Shown here: in pieces, positions 16,162 through 29,181 of the stretch
Layout of the letters: each line of letters begins with the position of its first letter
Position numbering within the stretch: the first letter of the stretch is position 1
Source of the DNA: Chlorokybus atmophyticus
Taxonomy: Eukaryota; Plantae; Mesostigma and Chlorokybus algae
Assembly (NCBI GenBank): GCA_009103225.1
Contig: RHPI01003369.1
Coordinates: 1,223,490-1,287,489, forward strand
DNA: 64,000 bases
Direction: 5' to 3'
Notes under the pieces: model-generated
Databases searched by the model: none
What the model saw: the letters and a program-made list of their open reading frames with translations, nothing else
Told to the model about the DNA's origin: nothing
Translations under genes and position numbers: made by a program

Positions 16162-17340
16162 TGTCACGTGACGACCCGATAATAACGCCACAATGGCCAC
16201 AAAACACACTTCATGCTTTTGTGGCCTAATGGTTCATTGCAATTAAGGGAGCCCGAAAGGAATCTTACCATTGCCCAGAGATTCTTCGCGGGCACCGGAG
16301 TGCAGTGTCCACACGCGGATGGTAAAAGGGTGATGATAGACATCTTTACCGCTTCGGCCCGCGTTCTCTCACTGCTTTAATTCACAGTGCTCATGGTGGG
16401 GCTTTGTTAACCCTTGAATGAAGACATTGAAACCTAAGTAGGGGGGAATATAAAGGAGTGCTACCTCTATAGAGGTTCCCTGCCCTTATCTAGAATTAAA
16501 TAAGGGTCCCAACGGGTATGTACAGCCAATTAAGCCGTATTAGGGCTGTTGACCTAGTGTTAAGGCCCTAATGTAGTGTTACTTATCCGTAATATTGATA
16601 TCCATATAAGACATGAGTCTCATGTTGATATCAGCAGCCATAGCCAGGGGATCTTCTGCTCCAGCAGTTGCCCCTGGCGGCGGTGGTGTGGGCTAGCGTG
16701 CGTGTGAGTTTACTGGTGCAGTGTGATAGGCATGGTTGACAGTGCGTAGCTTTGTATGACGATGTTGCTGTACTAGTAAACACACACAGGTGGTCGGCGT
16801 GGCTGGTGGCGGTGTTGGGGTAGGGGATTCAAGGGAGGAGGTAGCACCCCCTCCCCTTACAATGGTCATCGGAAACCCTAAAGTCCTGAGGTTGAAACCG
16901 CCTCGCGGCAGACCAAGGAGCATAGTTGAGGTTATTGTTATCGATCCAAAAATAATGGGTCGCATTTGCTCCGTGCGACGCGCGACTTGCCGGACGGTAG
17001 TCGGTCATTCCGACGCGTCGCGCGTACCTGGAGCCGTCGTTGGGTAGTACCGCGCGACTTGCTTGACGGCAACTGACAGTCGATCACTCAGCGGCGTAAT
17101 GCGCGCTGCAACTGCTCAATGATGATTACATAGCGCTTCCAGCGCTACGTGGCGAGATGCTCTGTGAAACACACATCTAATGAGGACATTTGATGCCTAA
17201 GTGGGGAGAATGTCACCGGACGACCCGATTGTAACGCCACAATTGCCATAAAACACACTGTCGTGCATGTTGCATACACCACGTGCATATTCCGTACACT
17301 CATTGCTTTTGTGGCCTAGTGGTTTGTTACAAATACCCCA
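16162..17340 (+). mobile_element. Mosaic of LTR-retrotransposon pieces from two LTR families
   Basis: About 16270-16861 matches the reverse complement of the chromovirus 3' end and LTR (41444-41960). A second LTR-like sequence, tgtcac..gacgacccgat..taacgccacaat, occurs at 16162 and at 17211. The 17211 copy follows the PPT-like cctaagtggggagaa. Confidence 0.8.
16449..16861 (+). repeat. Diverged LTR of the 41-49 kb chromovirus family
   Basis: Preceded by PPT ggggggaa (16441-16448). Starts tataaaggagtgctacc (family consensus tgtaacggagtgctacc), ends ctccccttaca, and is followed by PBS-like tggtcatcgg. Carries an insertion of about 100 bp. Confidence 0.85.
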
Positions 17341-18115
17341 TGTACTTTGTATGCACTTTATCAACACGCATGCATTAGTTGTTAGATATCAAGCAATATC
17401 ATGGCCGAACGCAATGATAAATTATAGATAATCCATTGTGTGCATGCCATGTCGCTAGTCATCCATGTTGTTAACAATCAGATGCATAATAATATATATT
17501 ACATAACACATTAGTTCAAGCAGTTAATGGTATTCAAGCCTACAAGTGTGATGATCAAACTCTTGCATGTTGAATGGCAATGTTCATGTTGCAGCCCATT
17601 GTGCTGGTATATGACCATTGCAATTGTTGGTCAAGGATCCCCGTTCACGCTGCTGTGTACGGGGGATTGATCACAGGCCTAGGGTTTACAAATCTAGACA
17701 ATCACTAAAGCACACCACGATTGATGGATATCAGCTATCATCCATTTGCACTGACTAGCAAGCGTACAATGCAAATCAATCAACACATCACCCACAACAG
17801 CAACATGAACCAACACGCACTTGCGGTAGGGTTATGCATAGGACGGTTTCATATACAAATGTACAAGGTCTTTACAAAAATGAAACGCACCTCAACATAA
17901 AAAACGACCAATAACCTACAAAACTGATCGCAGCCATTGAGGGGCATTGAGGTCCGCAGATTTTCTTGGTGCAAGGCTCCATGTACAGATAACAAGGCTT
18001 GCGGATGGGAGAGGGCGGTCGACACCGAATCACTCCTGGCAAAGCCGCTGCTTGCCGCCAGAGGTGGTGTGGTACCTCAACAGGAGACACAAGTGCTTCC
18101 AAAAAACATGGGCTT

Positions 18116-20302
18116 TCAACCCATAAGGTACGCTCGTACGCGCTTGCCTGCAGACATGAACATGGCGTGAAGGAGTCATGGCAGCAGTGCTGAAGCACGC
18201 AAGACGAAGAACCAGTACTGAGCCAAAGCACTTACATATACGCATGCGGTCCTTTATTGAAGCAATGGGTTGCCCGCGGCTGTTGGTTAGCAGAAAACGA
18301 TGTACCTCTTCGTGCCTGCCTTCGGACCATATGTGATGGATGTCAGCCTGTAACCACCATGCAATTACCATTTCCAGCAGACGAGGGATTGCAATCGGTG
18401 ATGCTCTAGTGCTCTATCTGCAGTACAATGCAGCAAGTCTCATGCCAAGCGACAGCCTTGACTCACCTTGAACACAGACACGGCTAGCTCCCGAAGTGCA
18501 GCAGTGACGTCAATCAACACTCGCGGCCTTACGCCGCCACCCTTGTCCACGGGAGTGACAACCAGCAGCTCAGTGCAGGCTGCATCCGTGCCTTTGTTAC
18601 CGCAAGCGATGCGGATGGGCGACTCGATTGCTATCCTCAACTGGCGCTTCACCTCATCTTGCAACTTGTCCGGCAGCGTGGAGCCGTCCGCTTGTCTTAC
18701 AAGCAGGTCCATCTCGCAAAAACTATCTGTGCTCTTTATTTTTCCATAGCTGACCTGTCATTAAAGCAGACGACTAAGCGCACTGCGGTTGGGATATACT
18801 ATAGGACACGCACAGTGCATCAGTACCAACCTGCATGCTGACATCTTTCATCACGCGGAGCAGGTCGTACAAGAGGCCCTTGCGGTCACGCGCACGTACA
18901 TACAGCAATGTATGGTTCTTGCTGGTGGTATTGTCAACAGACACAACTGTACTTGATGGCTGATTTTCATCATGGTGCGTCCACTCAGTTAGATGTGCTG
19001 CAAGCAAAACACGCACGTTACCATATCATTTGCTTCAACATACACAGAAAAGCTGACACATGGAGAGGTCATGACAGTTCGTAACCAAAAGAGGTAAGTC
19101 AACAAAACATATGCGACAGATAGTAGAAAATGCAGCTACATACAGTGAAGGTCAACATGTCACTAAACAATCAGGGTAAGGGTGGTCATCTGAGTTCGAC
19201 AAATGCACTTACTTTGCCGTTGAAAAAGGTCATCACAGTCCTGAAGAAGATCTGCTGGTTCATCCTCTCGCACTTCTTGTGAGCTCCACTTGAATGGTGG
19301 AGAATGGCAAGGTGCTGGCCACATGCTGCAATTTGTGACACAATCGCGCAGCGTGTCACACACTGCTTCACAAACGTCTGCCGCACGCACTTCGCTGGGC
19401 AGCTCATTCCTGAAACAGACAGCGCTGCTTGGTAACTTTGCTCGCATACAGTGAAATGTCAACTTCACGACAAAGGTGCATGCAGTACAATGCATTCACG
19501 GCGGCCTTACTTATCATCTGTAACAAAGAAGAGGTCAACAGCATTATTGTCAGGGCTAGTTGAGACGTGCACTTGGTGTATGCTCATCTGCTCCTGCCAC
19601 AGCGTCTGCGTAACGTCTGGTGCACAAACAACACTGTCAGTGCACGCATACTCAGAACGCAATTGCATCAAACGCACAGTGCATGCCGCATTGCAAGTGA
19701 CTACACGTGCAAACCAACACATGCCCAGATATAGCAAGCGCACGCAATGATATATTGCATTTGCAGCGACAAGTAGCGTGCAACAGTTCTACTAGAACGC
19801 AATGTACCGTGAAGGACACCGCAACGGTCGCTGGCACAGACTTGAAACATGTACATCTTCGGGGATGATGGCGGGGGGCGAGGTGACTCCAACTCATCCG
19901 TGAGTGTGCGTGGCTGAGGAGATGGGCACACATGCTCCAACCTCGACTTGAGCAGCCTCCACTTGCAAGGGGGTGCACCTTCGCCAGTGAACACTTCAAA
20001 CACTACAAAACACCACTTGCCATCTGTGCTGAAGTCGCCGCGTGTGACAACCAACCCAAAATCAAACAATATTCTTGCAAGATCGCTGCCAAGGCCAACC
20101 ACATCAGGACAGCTGATGCAAACCTGCGCAGTGCATGTGTCAAGCCCAACCATATACTAATTATTTAATAGTGTGCAAATGTACAAAAGTTCGGAGGGCG
20201 ATTTGCATACTGCGTGGTCAGCAGCAGTACCTCAGTTGGTTTGGCGGGTGTGGCACCTGGTCGCAAGCGCACAACGTCAGCCTCGCCTCCAAACTCGTCC
20301 AT
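18116..20302 (-). CDS. ACT-domain repeat protein, ACR9/ACR10-like
   Basis: Exons encode MDEFGGEADVV.., VCISCPDVVGLGSDLARILFDFGLVVTRGDFSTDGKWCFVVF, VHVSTSPDNNAVDLFFVTD, DNTTSKNHTLLYVRARDRKGLLYDLLR, RPRVLIDVTAALRELAVSVFK, and end in CKRVRAYLMG-TGA (18116). Confidence 0.9.
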
Positions 20303-21503
20303 GACTGTGCACACAAGTACTGAGCAAGTTGTGTACAGCACATTGCGCTTGGAGAATGTGACACACATGACACAACCAACTGTCTTGTATACACGTAGGG
20401 TGAATATCACTTCCACACGTACACCAGTAGCAGACAAACTGGCCGTTGTCGATACTGCAGCTCAAACCCATGCGTGACTACGTGCATTCAGACTGCGCTC
20501 TTGAGATCTGTTGGCATGTATGCTGCCTTCCAACCCATGCTGCTATGCTGAAAGCCAACGTGACGCACTAACTGTACAAGTCTGCTGGCATGTAGCAAGA
20601 AAAAATTGCGTACTGCATTCTTGGCAGTGCTCGTATGCTCGGACAAGACTCCGCAACGAGGACATGCTGTGCCCGCTGATGACAAACTAAGAACGCTGTA
20701 AACAACTAGTGACAGAGCGCTCCATGCACGCACCTCCTGGCGCCTAACAGGCAACAGTAAAGCGATGGAACTAGCAACTACACTGTTTCTACGCTGCACT
20801 GACGGGAGGAATGCTAAGCCACCATGATACATGATACAGGCGGCAGACAGTCACACCGGCCAATACTAATCCCTCAAAACTGTCAATACCAGCTGCAGGC
20901 ATGACCCCTGGCGGCTCCACTAGACAGGCAGAGTGGCCAACAATAGCAGCAGCAGCAGACGATACCCCAAGCGGAGCAAGAACAGCCTTTGAGGTTGCAA
21001 GCAGCCAGCCAGTGGCAGCGCAATTTTACCAAACAAGCATTCAGCTGCTCCGCACTAACAAACTCCCTAACCAGGCTTAAACAGCAGCAGACAAAGCTGC
21101 CGCATGCTTCACCGTGCTGCCTCCCGCTTAATCCGGCCCCTAGCTACACCCTAGGCAACGCCTCCGCCCATACAAACCTTGTTGGGACGGAAGCCCCCAG
21201 ATAACTACCCTCTGTAAAACTTAGTTGCTATAATGTACAAGCTGTGCCATGAGATTGCGTTTTAGACGGCCACGATGCTGGCACATAGGCAATGCAGTGT
21301 TTCGGTAACGTGAGGTTATGAAGGTAGTCCCGACCGAGTCCTCACCGGGTCTGTAGCTACTGACTGCCACGGCCAAATCTAGGGTTTGGTGTGTGGCGTT
21401 GTACCTGCAACGGTGATTGCATGCGCCGCGAGTTGGCAGCGTTGTCTGCTGCAACGCATAGGACGATGCATGCTGAAGGTCAGTGCTGAGGTGATTGGCG
21501 ACC

Positions 21504-23771
21504 ATGGCGGCGGCGGCGGGCGTGGTGTCGCTGGGGGTGCCGTGCCGGCCAAGGTTGACCAGCAGGCGGACGGTGGCGCATTTGTCACCGCCGTCGCTGC
21601 CGTCGTGGGGTGCAGCGAAGCAGCAGGCTCAGGTTTCGCTAGGACGCTGCAGAGCTCGCAGGTTATCTTTGCTCGGTGGTCGGGTCCAGCATTGCAACAT
21701 TGTGTCAGTGTGACGGTGTGGTATATGATGTGTCTCACACCTGTTACCACTTTTGTCACTTTTCAAAAGCGTGCGGCCCCTGGTGCAGGTCGGTAGTTGT
21801 ATGCGTGTGTAGCTGGCATATCATGGTTAATATGCGTTCCCGCGCAGTGTACCCAAATGCGGAGGGCGCTGCGCACACGCGTTCATATTGCATAACACAC
21901 CACATACAAGACAGAGCATGCATTGTAGTCACGCACAAATTCGACCACCGGGCTCACAATTTGTTCAACCAACCTCACTGCTATCAGTATTACTACTCCC
22001 CGTCAGTCATGCATGTATATATAGCAGTGAGTGTTATTACCTGCACCCAGACGCCGGTGTGTTTATTGGCCGTAGCTGTCTCGAACTTGCATTGCCACAG
22101 TATGCACATGTTAGCACCTCACACGCGGTATTGTGACGCAGCTTGCAGACCTCTAGACGGTGCCAAACGCAGGCTGCTTATGCCAGCGAGCAGCCAATCA
22201 TTGATGTTTTGCCTGAAGTGGTTGCCAAGAAGGTGAGCTTCACTACATTACCGCCGTGTCGCTTGATTGTCAATCACAATTGCGCATGGCGTAGCTTCAC
22301 CATGGTTTGTGCCTGCACCGTGGTTTGCGCGCTCTGACCATATCGCTTGAACAAGGTTCTGGTTTTAGGCGGGAATGGGTTTGTTGGGTCAGCGATCTGC
22401 AAAGAGTGCATAGCGGAAGGGCTACCAGTTTCAAGCCTCAACAGGTGCTTGAACATGCGTCTTTTGAGCCACTTGCGCTGCTGCATGAAGTGGTTTAAGA
22501 ACAGAAGAGCAAACAGCATGGGGCCAGGCGGGTTGGGTGAGGGAGCGGCGGTGCACGTTGGCATCAACTAGAGACTTTACACCCACTTGTCTTCAGGTCC
22601 GGCAAGCCGTCACTACCAAGTGGGGAGTTCTGGTCTGATGATGTCATCTGGGTGCGAGGTATGACTGAGCACGCACTCGTGCACGCGCACGTGCACTTGC
22701 GTGCCCCCNNNNNNNNNNNNNNNNNNNNNNNNNNNNNNNNNNNNNNNNNNNNNNNNNNNNNNNNNNNNNNNNNNNNNNNNNNNNNNNNNNNNNNNNNNNN
22801 NNNNNNNNNNNNNNNNNNNNNNNNNNNNNNNNCTCACCCAAGCGCATGCGCGCGCACAGTACTTGGTGCATTTGCTGTATTCACGGTCTAGAGCTATTGC
22901 GACTGATTGTCGTATTCGTGACCAGGGGATGTCTTTGCTGCGGACTGGCCAGTGCTCTTGCGAGGAGTAAAGACTGTAGTGTCATGTCTAGGTGGCTTTG
23001 GTTCGAATGAACAGATGGAGAGAATATGCGGCGATGCTACCATCACCGCCATAGATGCTGCCGCAGCAGCTGGTACGTGGTAGCTTCACAGCGTCAAGTA
23101 CAGCTGCATGGCACAGCAAGCGGCAATGAATGACACTGTTGGCTTGCAGGGATAAACAAGTTCGTCTTCATCTCCGTTCACAACTACAACTTGCCAAGTT
23201 TTGCAAAGGATATTGGCTACTTCAATGGCAAGAAGAGAGCTGAAGAGGCTCTGTTCTCCAAGTTTCCCATGACAGGTATTGGTGTTTGCTGCGGTTAACA
23301 AGGCGGCTGATGTGCCAGTTAAGCATTACTCAGTGCCTTTTTGTATCGTAGCCTCTTCAGAACTACTGTACGGCACTTATATTCAATTGTGTGTGTAGCG
23401 GCAGTGGTGTACCTCCATCACGTACTTTACTGTAATGCGATACGCACGCATCATTTATTACACTGTTGAACTCATTTACCTAAACCAGGTTTGCTGCAGG
23501 CACTGTTCTGCGACCCGGCTTCATCTATGGCACGAGAAGGATGGGTGCAGTAGGTCTACCCTTGCAGCTGGTAGGCGCACCCCTAGAGCAAGTCTTGAAA
23601 CTCACGGCACCGGTCACTAAGGTCTTCAGTGGCATCCCGGGCTCAGATATCCTGCTCGCACCTCCCGTCAGCGTAGAGCAGGTGGCGCGCGCAGCTGTCA
23701 AGGCCGCTAAGGATGACAGCATAACTGGCGTCCTCGACATAGACAAGATCAAGCAGATAGCTCGGTCTTAA
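21504..23771 (+). CDS. Plastid-targeted NAD(P)-binding Rossmann-fold protein (atypical SDR, At1g32220-like)
   Basis: Exons encode VLVLGGNGFVGSAICKE, VVSCLGGFGSNEQMERICGDA, FVFISVHNYNLP..GYFNGKKRAEEAL, VLRPGFIYG, APPVSVEQVARAAV, then TAA at 23769-23771. The Ala/Ser/Arg-rich N-terminus from ATG 21504 resembles a transit peptide; the start and first donor are uncertain. Confidence 0.85.
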
Positions 23772-23959
23772 ACAATAACAATGTGGCATGGCGTAGTGTA
23801 AGTCAGTGTATTGTAGTAATAGTGGCATCGTTTCTATGTGCCAGTGAGCTGTTGATGCAGTTTTGTGCGGTTTTGACAATCTAACATATTGGTGTGGTAC
23901 AAAAGTTGTCATTTTGTAGTGATACTGTACATGTCTCTAACGGTTGCTGTCTAGTGTGA

Positions 23960-26900
23960 CTACTTATGTAGGCGGTCAGGCTTACTGAGCTCCACCTCCA
24001 TTGGCCGCGTGCTCTTGCCATCAAGTGCCCACTCTTCCATCTTACTCTTTGCATACTTGATGTACTCGTCTTGGTGAACTGCAACGCTGCCGACCATCTG
24101 CAGACAGGTAACAAGTGTTTGTCACTTGAAAGCATCAGTGATACACAAACCAGACAGTTGCTGCTCTGGCATAGTGATCTCACCTGAGCTTCCTCCATTG
24201 CCCGCTTTCGTCGCTCTGCTTCCGCGCGCTCCTTCTTCTTGGCCTGTTACAGATCAAGAGGGTATCAAGCCATCAATTACCATGATGATCATGCCGGCCC
24301 GAGTCTGGAACAGCTGTCCACTAGTATGCAACGTCGCACCATCTGTTCCAGTTGGGTTTGCTGCAGCCGCTTAAGCTGCTCTTTCCTCCTCCTCTCAGCT
24401 TCTTGCTCCTCAGCCTGCCACGCGAGGTACACATTGTGGTCGTCGCATACAGCGCAACCTGCTTCCTGCCAGAGCGTTCATCAGGCGCGTGTGTCTATGA
24501 TGTGCACCCACCTTGCTTTTGGCCACGCCCTCCAAGTAATCCGCAAGCCTTTGGTTGTCCGCATCCGCCTGCTGCTTTCTGAACAACCGCTTCTCCTCCA
24601 GCTGTAAAGCAGACTCTCAGTTGGGGCTTTTCGCAAGAACTCCCCCGCACACGTGCACGCACACATGCATGCGTGCACGAGCTTGTCACACACCTGTTGT
24701 TGGCGCGAGAGGTGAATCGATTTTGCCTCGCGCGCTCGCTTTTCCCTCTGTAGGCGCTCAAGCTCTTCCTGCTTATCTTCAGCCTCCTTGACCTGCACGC
24801 CATCGGGGAATAACATGTCACTTGTGCTGTATGTGAGACTTGGGTGGCTGGCTTCAGGGGTATGTACATAAATATCAAGAACTACTCTGGGCATGCAATA
24901 AATGCCTTGCACTCGTTGAACATGCACAGCGTCACTCACTGACTGCCAGCACACGCCATTCTACCAACACATACCTTCATTTGCCAACCAACACCATCGG
25001 GCGCAGCCAACTACTTAAAGCTATCTACTACTAGCTACCCCACCCTGTTAGTTATGCACATGCAGTGCTTTTTACCTGTATCAAGCACAGTGTGTTTGTT
25101 ACCTGGACGGCCAGGCGCTCTTCGGCTTGCATGCGCATGGCAATGAGCGTCTCGTCCTGCTGCGCCGCCAGCCTCGCTTTCAGCCTCTCCTTCTCAGCGG
25201 CTCGCTATGCACGCAAGCACAACAGTTACTCGTGCACATTCGCGACTGCATGCACAGGTGAGCGCACGTGCAGGCGCCTACACATTCTCGAATGTATATT
25301 TGTGCGCGTGGATCACACGCACACATTACCCTCAACTTCCGGGTACACATGTTGGGCTCTGATCCTCACCTCGCGTTCCTTCTGTTTCCGCATGTTGACC
25401 ATCTCCTCCTTTTGGGCAGCAAACTCCTTGCGCCTAAGCTCCGTCTCCTTCTCCCTCTGTACCAACCAAACTGTTTGTCTTTGCTCTCAAATGTCTTCTC
25501 ATTCAACACGCACGCACACACACACACTGTTCCACGTCAACATCACTACAACTTCCCCACTCACCTCCCGCTCGGCCAGCTTAAACCGCTGCAGTGCCTC
25601 ATTCGCGTGGAGCGTCTCCTTGTTGGCCGCTATCGCCCTCTCACGCCTGTAAAGTGGTGTGAGATATTGTTATCACTCACGTGCACAACCCACATTATAT
25701 TGCCACTGATAAGAGTTATCAGCGCGTGTTCCCACCTCTCGCGGTCTTTTGTTTGTGTCTCCGCGTACTCCTCCTCAGCGCGTCGCCTGATCTCCATGCC
25801 CTCAGCAAAGTTCTGCACGAACGAACGATTGCGAGTGATGTTAACATGTGTAGTAATCGGGCAACCAACAAGGCCACTAGAGAGGACACCCATCACTCAG
25901 TGAACAACTGACGACACATTGGCAAACGATTGAGACACAATACATGCGATCAGCCTCGTCTCTGTTCACGCTTCCCTGTACTTCCCTGTTCTCACCCATG
26001 CACCCGCACCCCCGCTTGCGCGCGAGCACATGCACTCACACACATCCACAGCGGTCTTACCTGCGCCCTGTCTTTGAGAATCTTGCCTTTCAGCTCCTCG
26101 AGCTGCGCGAGCTGCCCGTCACGCTGCTCCATCGCCCGCGCACGCATCGACTCCAACCTAGCCACCTCCTGTCACGTGCGTACAGGCATGTGTGAATGAA
26201 CCAAACTGATGACCATATGCGCAGGTGCGTGTGTGTAGCAGATAGTGTCAACACCACCCGCCACACACACAAACGTTGTCTTACCGCCATCTCTGCCCTT
26301 TCGAGCTCGCGCATGCGCTCATAGTGGTTTTCGTTGTCCGCAGCTTTCTCACGCGACACGCACTCAGCCTTCAGCGCGCATTGCGCCTCCCTCTCCTGTT
26401 GATCATCCCAACATGTTTGTGTTACTGCGGCATGTGTAGTGCGAGGGTGGTTGAGGTGGACGCTTTGCGGTGCTTACCTGGAGGATGTCGGAGAGAAGGA
26501 GCTTGGAGTGGAAGCTCTTCACGCGGTCGGTGTTGGCATGAAGCAGCGCGTTCGCACGCTCGAGCACCGCACGCCTGTTTACGTGTGTGTGGGATGCAGA
26601 GTTAACTTCACTCACTTCATACTCATTCTCACAACACACGCATGTGCACACCCACACCTACAGACAGGCCCACCCACCTCTGTTCAGCCTTGAACAGCCG
26701 TTCTTCTTCGTCAACCTTTTGCCTCTCAAGCTGCGAGAACGGGAGCAATCGAAGTGTGGGCATTGTTTGTGCAAGTACAAACAGGGTGGGTTGATTGATC
26801 TATGGCTTCCTCGGTCATGATATGAGATGCACGCGTGCACATACCCACCCACACCCACGTGTTGTTTATACCTCCAGTGCCTGCAGGCGTTCGGCGCGTG

Positions 26901-27028
26901 CGCGCTCCTTGCGCGCGCGCAGGGCTTCCAACGTGTTGGGCCACCGCTTTGCACGATCCTTGGACGCACGTGCAAGCGCCTCCTTCTGCGGTGGTATGTC
27001 TTACTGTTGCTGTTGCTGTTGCTGTTGC

Positions 27029-27083
<55 letters not shown>

Positions 27084-27631
27084 ATTGTTGCATGTGCGTT
27101 GCACGACTGTGCTAGCGTGTGCATATATGTGCATGGGATGCAACGGGATGCTTGTAACCTTGGCGTCGATGGCATGGCATACGCATAAGGTGCTTGCAAC
27201 TTCGCGAGTGTATGTGTGCGTGTGCACGCGCTCGCGTCTTTGCATGTATGTATGTGTGCGTGTGTGTGTGCTTCAAGTTGTTCGCTAATATGGCTCATCC
27301 AGTGTGAATCCAGTGTCACACTGAACTCGCCGCATCGCCCTTGTCCATGTTAACAAATAACACAATGTTATGGCGATGTATCATGCTCACTTATCCATTA
27401 CAACACAGATACATTACTTCCCGGTTTTACTGCAGCCACCAGCCGAGCCAAAGTGTCTCGGCTGGAAGGGTTTGTCTGCTTCACAAACGCATCAACCACC
27501 GCACACACACACACCTCTAGCAGTGCTGAAGGCTGCACCGCCTCCGGATCGATATCCTTCCTGATCCTCTCCAGCTGCGCCGCAGATATCACCGACATCG
27601 ACCCCTCCGCCGCCGCCGACGCCGCCGGCAT
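23960..27631 (-). CDS. CFAP210: Flagellar coiled-coil (TPH-domain) protein, CFAP210/CCDC173-like
   Basis: Exons encode RAKRWPNTLEALRARKERAR, ERANALLHANTDRVKSFHSKLLLSDILQEREAQ and long E/R/K/Q coiled coil. Last exon ends ..EVELSKPDRLHK-TAG (23960). The family call is from recalled motifs. Confidence 0.72.
27005..27090. repeat. (TGTTGC)n-(TGT)n microsatellite in a CFAP210-like intron
   Basis: Directly visible. Confidence 0.95.
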
Positions 27632-28077
27632 GGCTGAGACAGAGAGAGACACTGCCGCACTGGCGCACACAAGCTACAGTCCGCTACCCTCTCAGCGCCA
27701 GGCCAGGATCAGGCCAGAACCAGGCCGCGGTGCTGTCCGCTCCGCCCGCCACGTGGCTTGCTGACTGGCAGCGGCGGTGAGATCAAGAATAGCGCCAAGT
27801 CACGTGGCACATGTATGCCGCGGCGTACATGCTGTGGTGGGCCGCGGTATACTGGAGAGTCTAGGCTGCTTTTTCGGCCTGACGGCCTGGTCTGGTCTGG
27901 CGAGTTCTAGTCTGGGCTGATTTGGCCTGGTCTACCTCAATCTGGCGTTCACTGTTTTTTCTTGGCATTGCTGTAGTCGTCCGTGCATTTGTTGGGTGTA
28001 ACCAAGGTTGAGGGAGAGGAAGGCTTGCGCTGTGCGCCAGGAGGAGGGGAGGAGAGGGGAGGGAGGCGGAGAGGGCG

Positions 28078-28992
28078 ATGGGGGCGGAGGCGGCGGAAGA
28101 GCAAGCGGAGCAATCTACGGATGCGACAGATCATCTGGGTATCAGAGGTAAGAGACGTGGCTTTCTAACATGGGTTTGCTGCTGACCACTCTCAGCACGC
28201 TTTATGGTTGTGTCCACGTGTTGTTATGTATGGCATTCTCTGCGTGCAATCTGGACTTGAGGGATGCGGTGCTGTAACGATGTAATGATGCCATCATAAT
28301 TTAGAAGAAATATGCATGCACCCAGTGGTGTTTAATCGTGAACTGCTGCACAATCACCTTAGCAACATGCCTACGCGCGAGGTAATGCACGTATGGATGG
28401 CTGTGCGTGCACGCACAATATGCTATCTTGCGCAACTATGCCAGCAAATGCACACGCGCTCCTGTGTGAACCTATACCTGGCATTGGTCTGAACAAGGCG
28501 TACACGTGTACGTGCGTGCACACGCGCACATGCACATGCGCAAGGGCACCCACGCACGCACGCACACACACTGTCTCTCCCTCTGTGTCTCTCTCCCTGT
28601 CCCCTCCCTCTCCATCCAGGCTGGCACGGTCATGACAGCGACGATGCCGCGAGCATGAGCAGCAGCTCAGTCGGAATCCTCTCACTGGTGAGACACCTCA
28701 CCATCAACAACAACAACATCATCAACAACAACAACAACAAGAATGTGTGCAGCCGGTGGCGAGCACGAGTTCCGGCGCGCGTGGCATAGCGGGTCTGAGT
28801 GGATTGGACCTGCTCTCACCCTCTCCTCCTTCTCCCCTCCACACTCACAACAGCAACAGCGGCCTGCATACCCTCAACACCAAGCATCAGCAACCGCAAC
28901 ACAACAGCAACAGCCACAGCAAAGCCAACAGCATTCGCAACCGCTCGCCCGAACGTGACAAGCAGGAGGGCGCGCCATCGCCATCAACCGCC

Positions 28993-29026
<34 letters not shown>

Positions 29027-29086
29027 TTAACAACCCTGCGCTGTCGGTGCCGATCGCTCCCGGGCAGAGGCGTCTCGGTAAGGTGA

Positions 29087-29181
<95 letters not shown>

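Noticed and set aside
20488-21505. Minus-strand ORFs upstream of ACR as a separate gene
   Set aside because: No motifs. The region is better explained as ACR 5' UTR/introns and the promoter shared with the divergent NAD(P)-binding gene.
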